DNA of 64,000 nt from Myxococcota bacterium (lineage in GTDB: Bacteria > Myxococcota_A > SURF-8 > G963663525), in NCBI GenBank assembly GCA_963663525.2, contig CAXXHC010000001.1:2406525-2470524 (forward strand), written 5' to 3'. The notes beneath the pieces are model-generated. The model saw only the letters and a program-made list of their open reading frames with translations. It was not told the origin of the DNA and did not search any database. The position numbers and the translations under genes were made by a program. Below, in pieces: positions 36,965 through 47,647 of the stretch. Numbering within the stretch: position 1 is the first letter of the stretch; each line of letters opens with the position of its first letter.

Positions 36965-38737
36965 ATGCTAGATCCGACCAAACATGCAGACTGGGAAATC
37001 GCCGAAGAGGCCGAAAGCCGTATGAAAACCGTCTACGAGTTGGGTGAGCAACTCGGATTGACGAAGGAAGAACTGCTTCCCCACGGTCACTACGTCGCCA
37101 AGGTGGATTTTCGGGCCGTGCTTAACCGTCTGAAAGACAAACCGCAAGCCAAATATATCGACGTCACCGCCATCACCCCCACGCCGCTAGGTGAAGGCAA
37201 GTCCACGTCTTCGATGGGTTTGGTCCAAGGTCTCGGCAAGCGCAATGTCAACGTCACCGCCGCGATTCGCCAGCCTTCCGGCGGACCGACGATGAACATC
37301 AAGGGTTCGGCAGCCGGTGGCGGACTCGCCCAGTGCATTCCGCTGACCCCCTTCTCCCTGGGTCTGACCGGCGACATCAACGCCATCATGAACGCCCACA
37401 ACCTGGCCATGGTCGCGCTGACGTCCCGTATGCAGCACGAGCGCAACTACAATGACGAGCAACTGGCTCGCCTGTCCAAGATGCGCCGCCTGGACATCGA
37501 TCCCACCAAAGTCGAAATGGGCTGGATCATCGACTTCTGCGCCCAGTCGCTGCGGAACATCATCATCGGTATCGATGGCGTCAACGGCAAGGCCGACGGT
37601 TTCATGATGCGTTCGAAGTTCGGGATCGCCGTCAGCTCCGAAGTTATGGCGATTCTGGCCGTTTCGACGAGCCTTGCCGACATGCGTGAGCGCATGGGCA
37701 AGATCGTGGTCGGTTATGACAAGCGCGGCAACGCCGTCACCACCGAGGATCTGGAAGTTGCCGGCGCGATGACCGCCTGGATGGCCGAAGCCCTCAATCC
37801 GAACCTGATGCAGACCCTCGAAGGTCAGCCGGTGTTCGTCCATGCCGGACCGTTCGCCAACATCGCCATCGGCCAGAGTTCGATCATCGCCGACCAGGTG
37901 GGGCTGAAACTCGGCGACTACCACGTCACCGAATCCGGCTTCGGCGCCGACATCGGCTTCGAGAAATTCTGGAACCTCAAGTGCCGCTTCTCCGGCCTCA
38001 AGCCCAACGCGGCGGTCGTCGTCGCCACTATCCGTGCGCTCAAGTGCCACGGCGGAGCCCCGATCCCGGTGCCTGGAAAGCCGATGCCCGAAGAGTACAG
38101 CGGAGAGAATGTCGGTTGGGTCGAGAAGGGCTGCGCGAACCTCGTTCATCACATCAACAATGTGAAAAAAGCCGGTATCAACCCCGTGGTCTGCATCAAC
38201 GCTTTCTACACGGATACCGACAACGAAATCGCCAAGGTCCGTGAAATGGCCGAAGCCGCCGGTGCCCGCGTGGCGCTGTCCCGTCACTGGGAAAAGGGTG
38301 GCGAAGGTGCGCTGGAATTCGCCGATGCCGTCATCGACGCCTGCGAAGAAGAAAACAACTTCCACTTCCTGTACGATCTGGATCTGCCGCTGGCGGACCG
38401 CATCGAGAAAATCGCCGGGGAAGTCTACGGCGCGGACGGTGTGGAATTCTCCGCCGAAGCCAAGACCAAGCTGGAGAAATACCAGGCCGATCCCGAAGTT
38501 GCCAAACTCGGTATGTGCATGGTCAAAACCCACCTGTCCCTCTCCGACAACCCCGCTCTCAAGGGTGTGCCGAAGGGCTGGAAACTGTTTGTCCGCGACG
38601 TGCTGACCTACAACGGTGCTGGATTCGTTGTGCCGGTCGCCGGTGCCATCAGCCTGATGCCCGGAACCGGCTCCAACCCGGCTTACCGCCGCGTGGATGT
38701 CGATACGGAAACCGGCAAAGTCAAGGGCCTGTTCTAA
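36965..38737 (+). CDS. fhs: Formate--tetrahydrofolate ligase
   Basis: AAGGAGGAAATCAC precedes ATG 36965. [12 protein letters not shown]-loop. Length 590 aa. Confidence 0.95.
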   Translation: MLDPTKHADWEIAEEAESRMKTVYELGEQLGLTKEELLPHGHYVAKVDFRAVLNRLKDKPQAKYIDVTAITPTPLGEGKSTSSMGLVQGLGKRNVNVTAAIRQPSGGPTMNIKGSAAGGGLAQCIPLTPFSLGLTGDINAIMNAHNLAMVALTSRMQHERNYNDEQLARLSKMRRLDIDPTKVEMGWIIDFCAQSLRNIIIGIDGVNGKADGFMMRSKFGIAVSSEVMAILAVSTSLADMRERMGKIVVGYDKRGNAVTTEDLEVAGAMTAWMAEALNPNLMQTLEGQPVFVHAGPFANIAIGQSSIIADQVGLKLGDYHVTESGFGADIGFEKFWNLKCRFSGLKPNAAVVVATIRALKCHGGAPIPVPGKPMPEEYSGENVGWVEKGCANLVHHINNVKKAGINPVVCINAFYTDTDNEIAKVREMAEAAGARVALSRHWEKGGEGALEFADAVIDACEEENNFHFLYDLDLPLADRIEKIAGEVYGADGVEFSAEAKTKLEKYQADPEVAKLGMCMVKTHLSLSDNPALKGVPKGWKLFVRDVLTYNGAGFVVPVAGAISLMPGTGSNPAYRRVDVDTETGKVKGLF

Positions 38738-38757
38738 ACGGTCCGCTTTCGAACTCG

Positions 38758-38786
38758 TCAGGGGCGCAATCGCGCCCCTGATTTTT
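38758..38786 (+). terminator. Rho-independent terminator after fhs
   Basis: TCAGGGGCGC-AATC-GCGCCCCTGA followed by TTTTT. Confidence 0.9.
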
Positions 38787-38841
38787 GAAAATTCGGTGAA
38801 ATCGGATGCATCGAGCATCCACAGAAAACGAGGTGAGAAGC

Positions 38842-39735
38842 ATGTCAGCGGAAATCATTTCGGGTACCGAAATACGGAAAGTCATCCTGGAAGAGATCAC
38901 CAAGGAAGTCCAGGAGATGAAGGAAAAGCACGGGATCGTTCCCGGTCTGGTGACCATTCTCGTAGGCGAAAACCCCGCCTCCCAGAGTTACGTCAGCCTG
39001 AAGATCAAGACCGCCCACCAGGTGGGATTCCACGAAGTGCAGGACACCCAACCGGTGGACATTTCCGAAGCCGATCTGCTGGCGTTGATCGACAAGTACA
39101 ATAACGATCCGAAAATACACGGCATTTTGGTGCAATTGCCGCTGCCCAAGCACATCGACGAAAAGAAAGTGCTCAACGCCATCGATCCCGACAAAGATGT
39201 GGACGGCTTCCACCCGGTTAACGTGGGTCGGCTGATGATCGGCGGGAACGAAGTGAAATTCGCGCCCTGCACCCCGGCAGGTATCCAGGAAATGATCGTC
39301 CGTTCCGGCACGGAAACCTCCGGGGCCGAAACGGTCGTCGTCGGGCGCTCGAACATCGTCGGCAAGCCGATCGCGATCATGATGGCGCAAAAAGGCGTCG
39401 GCGCGAACAGCACCGTGACCATCGTGCATACCCGCACAAAGGATTTGGCCTACCACTGCAAGCGCGCCGATATCCTCATCGTCGCCGCAGGCGTGCCGAA
39501 CCTCGTCAAGCCCGAGTGGATCAAGCCCGGTGCCACGGTCATCGACGTGGGCGTCAATCGCGTGGGCGTCAGCGAGAAAACCGGCAAAGCCATCCTGCGC
39601 GGGGACGTCGATTTCGACGCCGCGAAGGAAATCGCCGGGAAAATCACCCCGGTTCCGGGTGGCGTAGGCCCGATGACCATCACCATGCTGATGAAAAACA
39701 CACTGAAATCGGCCTGGTTCGCGATCAACGGCTAA
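38842..39735 (+). CDS. folD: Bifunctional 5,10-methylene-THF dehydrogenase / 5,10-methenyl-THF cyclohydrolase
   Basis: PGLVTILVGENPASQSYV, GILVQLPLP, VVGRSNIVGKP and TPVPGGVGPMT motifs. Confidence 0.95.
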   Translation: MSAEIISGTEIRKVILEEITKEVQEMKEKHGIVPGLVTILVGENPASQSYVSLKIKTAHQVGFHEVQDTQPVDISEADLLALIDKYNNDPKIHGILVQLPLPKHIDEKKVLNAIDPDKDVDGFHPVNVGRLMIGGNEVKFAPCTPAGIQEMIVRSGTETSGAETVVVGRSNIVGKPIAIMMAQKGVGANSTVTIVHTRTKDLAYHCKRADILIVAAGVPNLVKPEWIKPGATVIDVGVNRVGVSEKTGKAILRGDVDFDAAKEIAGKITPVPGGVGPMTITMLMKNTLKSAWFAING

Positions 39736-39756
39736 AATGTGAAACGTCATGTTTCG

Positions 39757-39791
39757 AACCGGGCTCTAATTCCACGAGCCCGGTTTTTTTT
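39757..39791 (+). terminator. Rho-independent terminator after folD
   Basis: AACCGGGCTC-loop-GAGCCCGGTT running into TTTTTTTT. Confidence 0.9.
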
Positions 39792-39880
39792 GCCGGAAGG
39801 ATCCGGTTTGTGCCGATTCGCCTATTGACCTCGACCGATGCGACCCCAATGTATTTATGGACCAACCGTGGAGATTTCGA

Positions 39881-41827
39881 ATGGAACCCAAACGCTACCA
39901 AGTTCATTTCCTGCCGGACGACATCAAGGTTGAAGCCGAAGAAGGTGAAAACCTGCTGAAACTTGCCATGGCCAACGACGTGCATATCGACGCCAACTGT
40001 GGCGGTGCACGGGTCTGCGGAAAGTGCCGTGTCAAGCTTGAAGGGGAATACGAAAAAATCCCTCCACGGAAAAATCCCGGTGAATTGCCGCCGGATACCT
40101 ATTTAGCTTGCTGCACCAACGTTATGGGCGACCTGACGGTCACGGTGCCGGAAGCCACCCGCGTCACCGGAACTCTGCCGACGCGCTCCAAGGGGACAGG
40201 TCGTTCGAAGCTCACCGGGATCGACATCCAGGCCATCATCGACGAATGCGGCGTCCAACCCGTGCTCGACAAAGTGCGCGTGGTGGTGCCGGAGGCAACG
40301 ATGGACGTCAACTCCCCGGATCTCGACCGGCTGCTGGCGGCGCTCAGGGCTGCCACGAAGCTGGAAAAGGTCGGTATCGAGTACGCCGTGCTCAAGGAAC
40401 TTCCCGAAATTCTTCGGGAAAAGGGCGGGGAGGTCACCGCGACGATCCGCACGCCACAGGTCGAAACCAACCTTTTCGGTCCTTGCATTCCCACGGTGAT
40501 TCGCCTCGAAGCGGGTGACACCTCGGACAAGCTCTATGCTGTGGCCTACGATATTGGCACCACTTCCGTATGGGCCAGCATGATCGATCTGCGTAGCGGA
40601 GAAGTGCTGGCCGATGCCGCCGACTACAACGCCCAGTCCCGCTTCGGGGCGGACGTCATCAACCGCATTCTTGCCTGCAAAAAGGCCGGAATCGGCAAAG
40701 TGCAGGGCGCGGTTGTCGAGACGATGAACACCCTGCTGGCGCAGATGAGTGAAAAAAGCGGCGTAGACGCCGAGGAAATCGCCTATTTCGTGGCGGCGGG
40801 CAATACCACGATGACCCACATCATGCTGGGGATGGAACCGAAGTACATTCAGCTTGCGCCCCATACTCCGGTGGCGCGTTTTGCTCCCCCGATTCCAGCG
40901 ATCTCCATCGGAATGAAAGCCTCGCCTCACGCCGAACTGTTTACGGTGCCTTCTGTATCGGCTTGGGTCGGCGGCGACATCGTGGCCGGTACGCTGATCT
41001 CCGGGTTCTCGAAACAGGAAAAACTCACTCTTTTCATTGACTTGGGCACGAATGGCGAAATCGTGCTAGGCAATCAGGACTTTCTACTCAGCGCGTCGTG
41101 CTCGGCGGGTCCGGCTTTCGAAGGCGGCGAGATTCGCCACGGGATGCGAGCCATGGACGGCGCGATCGAGGATTTCCACCTCAACGGCGCGGATGCCGAA
41201 CCGATGATTCTGACCATCAACCAGCAGCCTGCGAAGGGTATTTGCGGTTCGGGACTTATCAATATCGTGGCGGGACTGTTTTTGGCGGGCGTGTTGCAGC
41301 CGAACGGCAAGTATTCCACCGATCTGAAAATTCCGCGCCTGCGCGAGGGCGATGAAGGCTTGGAATACGTGCTGGTCTGGGCGAAAGACGCCGACGGCGA
41401 ACAGGACATCACCCTGACCGAAGTGGACCTCGACAACCTGATGCGGGCCAAGTCGGCGGTGTATTCCGGCATTCGCGTGTTGCTGTCCGATGCGGGCATG
41501 GAGCCGTCCATGCTGGAGCAGGTGATTATCGCGGGCTCCTTCGGACAGAGTCTCGACATCGAGCGGGCGGTGATTATCGGCCTGTTGCCGGATCTCCCGA
41601 TCGAGCGCTTCACGTTCATCGGCAACGGTTCGTTGATGGGAGCCCGCCTTGCCCTGCAATGTGGCAAAGGCATGGCCGAGGGCGACGATATCGCCTCTCA
41701 GATGACGTACATCGATTTGGGAGCCGACAGCCGGTTCATGGATGAATACATGGCGGGGATGTTCCTGCCGCATACCGACGATTTGCTGTTCCCTTCCGTA
41801 AAACAACTCATTCAATCTCAAAAGTAA
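39881..41827 (+). CDS. ASKHA-fold corrinoid activation/regeneration protein (RACo/AcsV-like; 2Fe-2S ferredoxin domain plus DUF4445)
   Basis: N-terminal CGGARVCGKC...LACC ferredoxin pattern. ASKHA phosphate motifs DIGTTSV and DLGTNGE. About 648 aa. Confidence 0.8.
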   Translation: MEPKRYQVHFLPDDIKVEAEEGENLLKLAMANDVHIDANCGGARVCGKCRVKLEGEYEKIPPRKNPGELPPDTYLACCTNVMGDLTVTVPEATRVTGTLPTRSKGTGRSKLTGIDIQAIIDECGVQPVLDKVRVVVPEATMDVNSPDLDRLLAALRAATKLEKVGIEYAVLKELPEILREKGGEVTATIRTPQVETNLFGPCIPTVIRLEAGDTSDKLYAVAYDIGTTSVWASMIDLRSGEVLADAADYNAQSRFGADVINRILACKKAGIGKVQGAVVETMNTLLAQMSEKSGVDAEEIAYFVAAGNTTMTHIMLGMEPKYIQLAPHTPVARFAPPIPAISIGMKASPHAELFTVPSVSAWVGGDIVAGTLISGFSKQEKLTLFIDLGTNGEIVLGNQDFLLSASCSAGPAFEGGEIRHGMRAMDGAIEDFHLNGADAEPMILTINQQPAKGICGSGLINIVAGLFLAGVLQPNGKYSTDLKIPRLREGDEGLEYVLVWAKDADGEQDITLTEVDLDNLMRAKSAVYSGIRVLLSDAGMEPSMLEQVIIAGSFGQSLDIERAVIIGLLPDLPIERFTFIGNGSLMGARLALQCGKGMAEGDDIASQMTYIDLGADSRFMDEYMAGMFLPHTDDLLFPSVKQLIQSQK

Positions 41828-41836
41828 GGAAGAACC

Positions 41837-42589
41837 ATGACGAAAGTGATCGCCGTCGCAGGAAAAGGCGGAACCGGAAAAACCACGGTTTCCGCGCTGG
41901 CCATACGCAACCTGATTCAAACCGACCACAAACCCGTGTTGGCCGTCGATGCCGATCCCAACAGCAATCTCGGAGAATCGCTGGGGATTCCGGTGGACAG
42001 GACCATCGGCGGGATGCGCGAGGACTTTTTCCAGAAAAAAGGCCAGGTTCCGGCGGGCATGTCGAAAGAACTCTATCTGAACATGCAGCTAAACCAGGTG
42101 GTGATCGAATCCAAAGGTTTCGACATGCTGGTCATGGGACGCCAGGAAGGGCCGGGTTGCTACTGTTTCATCAATAATGTTTTACGTAAGTATTCCGAGG
42201 AGTTGGCGGAAAATTACAAGACGATGGTTGTGGACAACGAAGCGGGAATGGAGCACCTCAGCCGCCGAACCGCCCACAAAATCGACTATCTTCTTCTCGT
42301 GTCCGACCACGCCTTGAGGGGCTTGCGGGCCGTGCGGCGCATCCACGAGTTGATCGAAAGTCTGGATCTGAGGATCGGGCAGAAGGGGTTGGTCGTCAAC
42401 CGTGCGCCAGAAACCCTTGATCCGGCGTTTCTTGAAGAAGTCGAGAAGCTTGGCCTGACGATCGTCGGCAAAGTTCCGCAGGATGCAAACCTCGAAACTT
42501 TCGATTTCGAGCAGCGTTCGCTGATCGACCTTCCGGACGATTCGCCTGCGGTGCTGGCGGTCAACGAGATTCTCAAAGCCGTGTTTTAA
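41837..42589 (+). CDS. CooC/AcsF-type Ni-insertion ATPase
   Basis: Deviant Walker A GKGGTGKTT. CxC metal motif GPGCYCF. Confidence 0.85.
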   Translation: MTKVIAVAGKGGTGKTTVSALAIRNLIQTDHKPVLAVDADPNSNLGESLGIPVDRTIGGMREDFFQKKGQVPAGMSKELYLNMQLNQVVIESKGFDMLVMGRQEGPGCYCFINNVLRKYSEELAENYKTMVVDNEAGMEHLSRRTAHKIDYLLLVSDHALRGLRAVRRIHELIESLDLRIGQKGLVVNRAPETLDPAFLEEVEKLGLTIVGKVPQDANLETFDFEQRSLIDLPDDSPAVLAVNEILKAVF

Positions 42590-42642
42590 AACGCATTTTT
42601 CGGATGTTCGCGTTTTTCTCGGATGTCCGATTTTGTTGCAAA

Positions 42643-42680
42643 AACGCCCAATTCCAGCGATGTATTGGGCGTTTTCTTTT
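42643..42680 (+). terminator. Rho-independent terminator after the CooC-like gene
   Basis: AACGCCCAAT-loop-ATTGGGCGTT followed by TTCTTTT. Confidence 0.8.
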
Positions 42681-42830
42681 AGATATAGAAATTGCAATGA
42701 CAAAACTGTGACATACAAGACTCTTTCGTGATATTCACCCCTTGTCTTTCGCCGATGTTCGTTTAGGCTTGCTTGGTCTGCGAAACCGGCCCTACCGGTT
42801 GAAAAAAACGCTGTGACGAAACGGAGTATC

Positions 42831-43862
42831 ATGGACCGTACCACGAGATTCTTGCACGCCTGCCGACGGCAAACGGTGGATCGTCCGCCGTTGTGGATCA
42901 TGCGGCAGGCGGGGCGCTACCTTCCGGAATATCTCGCTTTGAGAGAAAAGCACGACTTCCTCGAAGTCTGTCATACACCGGAGTTGGCGGCGGAAGCCAC
43001 CTTGCAGCCGTTGCGGCGCTTCGGATTCGATGCGGGAATCATCTTTTCGGACATTCTCATTGTTCCGGAAGCCATGGGAATGACACTGGAATTTCCCCAG
43101 GGCGGTCCGTTGCTGAGTCCCGGCCTGAAGTCGTCTCAAGATCTTGACCGGCTTCGTGAAGTCGATGCGGCGCAGTCGCTGTCGTTCATCGGGGAAGCTA
43201 TTGAAATCGTTCGGGAAAAGGACGGCGAGCAAACGCCGATTCTCGGTTTTGCCGGAGCGCCGTTCACGCTGGCCTGCTACATGTTGGAAAAAAGCGGGTG
43301 GGAGCACCATTTCGCGTTGCGTATCGCCGCCGCCCGCGACCCGGAATTCTATCATGGTTTGATGGAACGTCTCACGCAGGTGGTGATCGACCTGCTTTCT
43401 CTGCAAATCCGCGCCGGAGCCGCCGCCGTGCAGCTTTTCGACACCTGGGCCGGGCAGTTGCAACCTACCGATTATCGGGAACTCGTGCAGCCGTATCATC
43501 GGAAGATTTTCGAGGCGCTCAAGCCGTTGGGTGTGCCGTTGATTCTTTTCGTGAAAGACGGTTCCGGCGTGCTGGAACAGATGGCGGATAGCGGAGCGGA
43601 CGTGCTGGGCATCGACTGGCGGCAGAACCTCGCGCTGGCCCGCGAACGGGTGGGGGATGCCGTGGCCCTGCAAGGCAATCTCGACCCGGCGCTGCTGTAC
43701 GGTCCGAAAGAGCGGATTGCGGCGGAAGTGTCGAGAATCCATAAAGAAACGGGCGGCGTCGGCCACATTTTCAACCTGGGGCACGGCATTCGTCCCGATG
43801 CACCCCTGGACGCGGTAACCGCGCTGGTCGAAGCCGTTCAGTCCCTGAGCAACGAGGCATAG
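42831..43862 (+). CDS. hemE: Uroporphyrinogen decarboxylase
   Basis: PPLWIMRQAGRYLPEY signature. ATG 42831 after ACGGAG. The track start at 42813 is a GTG. Confidence 0.93.
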   Translation: MDRTTRFLHACRRQTVDRPPLWIMRQAGRYLPEYLALREKHDFLEVCHTPELAAEATLQPLRRFGFDAGIIFSDILIVPEAMGMTLEFPQGGPLLSPGLKSSQDLDRLREVDAAQSLSFIGEAIEIVREKDGEQTPILGFAGAPFTLACYMLEKSGWEHHFALRIAAARDPEFYHGLMERLTQVVIDLLSLQIRAGAAAVQLFDTWAGQLQPTDYRELVQPYHRKIFEALKPLGVPLILFVKDGSGVLEQMADSGADVLGIDWRQNLALARERVGDAVALQGNLDPALLYGPKERIAAEVSRIHKETGGVGHIFNLGHGIRPDAPLDAVTALVEAVQSLSNEA

Positions 43863-45254
43863 ATGACGTCCGCACCGTTCGTTTCTCCGAAAAGCGTTCC
43901 CCAGGCGTTCTGGGAAAAATATTCCACCCGTGCGCCGCGCTACACCAGCTATCCCACCGCTCCCAATTTCACCGAGGATTTCGACCGCGACGAAGCCCGG
44001 AAACGCTGGGTCGAAGGCTGGTCCACCGAACAACCGATCTCGTTGTACGTTCACGTGCCGTTCTGCAAAAAACGCTGCCTGTACTGCGGTTGCCACACCT
44101 TTATCCGGCAGGATCGCTCGATTTCCACGGCCTACGTGGACGACCTCCTCCGGGAGATGGATCGGATGGAAGAACGTATCGGGCCGGGGCGACCCGTCGA
44201 GCAACTCGCCATGGGTGGCGGCACCCCCACTTTTCTGCCGGTTGCCGAAATGCGGCGGATGGTGGAGGAAATCGACGCGCGTTTCGGTTTCGTGGCAGAG
44301 GGGGAACGTTCGATCGAGATCGATCCCCGCAGCGTGGACGAAGAGATGCTGGATACGCTGGTGGAACTCGGTTTCAACCGTTTCAGCTTCGGAATTCAGG
44401 ATTTCGATCCCACGGTGATGGAGTACGTGGGCCGTCCTCAGGATGAAGCGTCCGTCGTCAAGCATCTGGAATTTCTATGGAATCGAGGCGTTGAGGGGAT
44501 CAACTTCGACCTGATTTTCGGTCTTCCCGGACAGTCGGAGACGACGATGCAACGCACGGCGGAGAGAGTCGCCGAGCTTCGGCCTTCCCGTATCGCGCTT
44601 TTCAGTTACGCTCATCTTCCGAGATTGAAGCCCCATCAAAAAACCCTGGAAAAACAAGGACTTCCCGGAGATGCGGAGAAAATCGCGATTTTCGCGGCGG
44701 CTTTCGATGCCCTGACCGGGGAGGGATATGTTCCCGTGGGCATGGACCACTTCGCCCGCACGGACGATCCCCTCTATGAAGCGTTGCAAAAGCGTTCGTT
44801 GCACCGCAATTTCATGGGATACACCACGATGCGGGGGCGCGATCTCGTGGCGCTGGGCGTTTCGGCAATTTCCTCCGTGCACGGAACCTATACCCAGAAT
44901 CTCAAGGATCTCGACCCGTACCGGGAAACCCTCGCCGACGATCTGCCCTGGATGCGCGGTTACCTGATGACGGAGGAAGACCGCTTGCGGCGGGAAATCA
45001 TTCTCGATCTGTTCTGCAATTTTCACCTGGAAATCGGTCGCTACGAGCAGTCTTTCGGAATCGATTTCTGGAAGGAATTTCATCAAGAAAAACAAAAGCT
45101 TGAAGCTTTTCGCGCCGATGATTTGATGGATTTCGACGACCGGGAAATCCGCGTTCACGCCATGGGGCGCTTTTTCATTCGCAACATCTGCACGGTTTTC
45201 GACCGTTTTTTGAGTGCAAATAGGCAAAACGTTCAGTTTTCCAAGACGGTGTAA
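43863..45254 (+). CDS. hemN: Oxygen-independent coproporphyrinogen III oxidase (radical SAM)
   Basis: YVHVPFCKKRCLYCGC (CxxxCxxC). 463 aa, full-length HemN size rather than HemW size. Confidence 0.88.
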   Translation: MTSAPFVSPKSVPQAFWEKYSTRAPRYTSYPTAPNFTEDFDRDEARKRWVEGWSTEQPISLYVHVPFCKKRCLYCGCHTFIRQDRSISTAYVDDLLREMDRMEERIGPGRPVEQLAMGGGTPTFLPVAEMRRMVEEIDARFGFVAEGERSIEIDPRSVDEEMLDTLVELGFNRFSFGIQDFDPTVMEYVGRPQDEASVVKHLEFLWNRGVEGINFDLIFGLPGQSETTMQRTAERVAELRPSRIALFSYAHLPRLKPHQKTLEKQGLPGDAEKIAIFAAAFDALTGEGYVPVGMDHFARTDDPLYEALQKRSLHRNFMGYTTMRGRDLVALGVSAISSVHGTYTQNLKDLDPYRETLADDLPWMRGYLMTEEDRLRREIILDLFCNFHLEIGRYEQSFGIDFWKEFHQEKQKLEAFRADDLMDFDDREIRVHAMGRFFIRNICTVFDRFLSANRQNVQFSKTV

Positions 45255-45256
45255 TC

Positions 45257-46264
45257 ATGTCCGATTTTCGTTCTGTTCGTACCGATTTCATGTTCGTTCT
45301 ACCGGACGATACGGCTGTGGTGGTCTTTACGATGGGCGCACCGGAAAAAAGCCACCAGATCGAGCCGTTTTTATACGAGTTGCTTTGCGATCCGGCGGTA
45401 GTGAACCTGCCGCTGGGATTCCTCTACCAGAAGCAGTTCGCGCGACGAATCGCCCGAAAACGCTCGGCTCTGGTGGAGCCTCGCTACTCCGCCATCGGCG
45501 GTTCACCATTGGCCGCCAACACCCGGAAGCAGTGCAGCGCGCTTTCCCGTCTGCTGGGCGCGACGGTGGAGCCGGTCTATCGGTACATCGAGCCGAAGGC
45601 GGAGACCGTCCTCGGAAAGCTCAAGGAAAAAGGCATTCGCAACATCGTGGCCGTGTCGCTGTATCCTCAGGAGTCGGGCACGACGGTGGGGACTTCGATG
45701 GCGGATTTGGAAAAAGCCGCCGAAACCCACGGGTTGAATGTCGCCTTCGTGCGGGATTACCCGGAACATCCCGGATTTATTGAAGGTTTGGCGATGAAGT
45801 GGGCCGAAACGGTGGATGTTCCCGAAGTCGACCTGGAACACGCCACCGTGCTGTTCACCGCCCACGGCATTCCGCAGTCTTACGTGCGCCGGGGGGATGA
45901 ATATCCCTACCGGGTCGAAGCCACGATGCAGGCGATTCGGGCGCGCCTGCCGGAAATCAAGCAAGGATCGCTGGCCTGGCAGAGTCGCTTCGGACCCACC
46001 CAATGGACGCAGCCCTACCTGGACGACGAAATCCGACGTCTGGGCAAGGAGGGCGTGAAGACGCTCGTGCTGTTTCCGATCAGCTTCGTCAGCGAACATC
46101 TCGAAACCATTTACGATCTCGATCTCGTGGCCACGGATCTCGCCGTGGAATCGGGAATTGAAACCGTATTGCGGGTTTCCACCGTCGGAGACGACCCGTT
46201 TTACATCGAAGCCTTGGCCGCCATGGTGGTGGAGACGGCCAGCAGGGTGTTTTTGCGCAAATGA
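45257..46264 (+). CDS. hemH: Ferrochelatase
   Basis: Position in the hem cluster, 335 aa, N-terminal VVVFTMGAPE...EPFLYELLCDP and ...FTAHGIP pattern. Confidence 0.88.
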   Translation: MSDFRSVRTDFMFVLPDDTAVVVFTMGAPEKSHQIEPFLYELLCDPAVVNLPLGFLYQKQFARRIARKRSALVEPRYSAIGGSPLAANTRKQCSALSRLLGATVEPVYRYIEPKAETVLGKLKEKGIRNIVAVSLYPQESGTTVGTSMADLEKAAETHGLNVAFVRDYPEHPGFIEGLAMKWAETVDVPEVDLEHATVLFTAHGIPQSYVRRGDEYPYRVEATMQAIRARLPEIKQGSLAWQSRFGPTQWTQPYLDDEIRRLGKEGVKTLVLFPISFVSEHLETIYDLDLVATDLAVESGIETVLRVSTVGDDPFYIEALAAMVVETASRVFLRK

Positions 46265-47637
46265 GCGAATATCGAGCGGAAATCGTCGTCGTAGGGGGAG
46301 GCATCTCCGGGCTTACGGCGGCCTGGAAGTTGAAGCGCAGCGGGCATGAAGTGCTGCTTCTCGAACGGGAGGCGAAGGTAGGTGGAAACCTGCGAACGGT
46401 CCGTGAAAACGGCTACTTACTGGAACAAGGGCCGCATTCATGGCCCGGTTTCGCCGAAAATGTCTGGCGTCTGGTCGAAGATCTGGGGCTGACGAGCAAA
46501 GTGATCTCCGCCTCGCCGGAGTCGAACAAGCGCTACGTGTATCGCAACGGAAAACTTCATCCCCTGCCGATGGGGCCATGGAGTTTCATCACGACTCCGC
46601 TGTTGAGCCTGGGTGCAAAATGGCGACTGATGCAGGAGCCGTTCCGCAAATCCGGGGCGCAACATGACGAAAGCGCCGCCGAATTCTTTACCCGTCGTTT
46701 CGGTGAGGAAGCGGTGCAGTATCTCGCCGGGCCTTTCATTTCAGGCATTTACGGCGGCGATCCCGAGCAGCTCGGCGCGCGCGCAGCGTTTCCGAAGTTC
46801 TGGAATTTCGAAAACGAAGCCGGGAGCATGATCCGGGGGGCGATGCACCACATGAAGGCCAAGAAAAAGGCGCATCCTGACCAGGAGCCTCGGCGTGGAT
46901 TGTTCAGTTTTTCCGATGGCTTGGGCGTGCTGGCCGCAACGCTGAGATATGTTTGGCTCGAAGACGAGGTGCGTACCAGTGTGGCGGTGGAGTCCATCGA
47001 GGCTGGGGAAGACGGCTACGAGATTCTGGCCGGTTCCGACCGCTACCGCTGTCGGGCGCTCGTCGTGGCGACGCCTCCCGACGCGGCGGCTCGTATGCTG
47101 GCGGGACTGGACGACCGTTTCGGGGACATCCTGAACGGCATTCCCATGGCCCCGATGCTCGTCGTGCATTTCGGCGGTGAAAATGCGTCGCGAAGTTTTC
47201 CCGAAGGGTTTGGCTGCCTGATTCCGAGGCATTACGACATTCGCACCCTGGGGACGGTGTTCGCTTCCAATCTGTACGAGGGTCGCGCCCCGGAAAACCG
47301 CTGGCTGGCGACCTCGTTCATCGGCGGCATGTTCGACCGCGAAGCCATGGAACTCGACGACGCACAAGCCGCGAAAATCGCCTTCGAGGATCAGGAGACG
47401 TTGTACGGACAAGCGCCGGGCGATTTCGTCCGTATTCTGCGCCATCCGTCGGCGATTCCCCAGCTTCTGCCGGATCACCCGGAGCGTATCGAGACGCTTC
47501 TCGCGTTGTCGAGTACCTATAAAGCACTTGTATTTACGGGCAATTACCTGACCGGCGTGGGCGTGGATCACGCCGTGGGCAGCGGGTATCTCGCGGCGAC
47601 CCAGGTCGAGCATAAGTTGCGGGAATTCGAGCGGTAA
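46261..47637 (+). CDS. hemY: FAD-dependent protoporphyrinogen (or coproporphyrinogen) oxidase, HemY/PPOX family
   Basis: VVVGGGISGLTAAWKL dinucleotide fold. 458 aa. ATGA overlap with hemH. Confidence 0.85.
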   Translation: MSEYRAEIVVVGGGISGLTAAWKLKRSGHEVLLLEREAKVGGNLRTVRENGYLLEQGPHSWPGFAENVWRLVEDLGLTSKVISASPESNKRYVYRNGKLHPLPMGPWSFITTPLLSLGAKWRLMQEPFRKSGAQHDESAAEFFTRRFGEEAVQYLAGPFISGIYGGDPEQLGARAAFPKFWNFENEAGSMIRGAMHHMKAKKKAHPDQEPRRGLFSFSDGLGVLAATLRYVWLEDEVRTSVAVESIEAGEDGYEILAGSDRYRCRALVVATPPDAAARMLAGLDDRFGDILNGIPMAPMLVVHFGGENASRSFPEGFGCLIPRHYDIRTLGTVFASNLYEGRAPENRWLATSFIGGMFDREAMELDDAQAAKIAFEDQETLYGQAPGDFVRILRHPSAIPQLLPDHPERIETLLALSSTYKALVFTGNYLTGVGVDHAVGSGYLAATQVEHKLREFER

Positions 47638-47647
47638 GAGGAATCCG

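Noticed and set aside
37187-38818. 543-aa minus-strand ORF opposite fhs. Similar long antisense ORFs lie at 42792-44465, 47534-48913, 23800-25344, 19988-21076, 6388-7398 and 8860-10029.
   Set aside because: All overlap genes with clear family signatures on the other strand. They have Arg/Gly/His-rich junk composition typical of GC-rich shadow frames.
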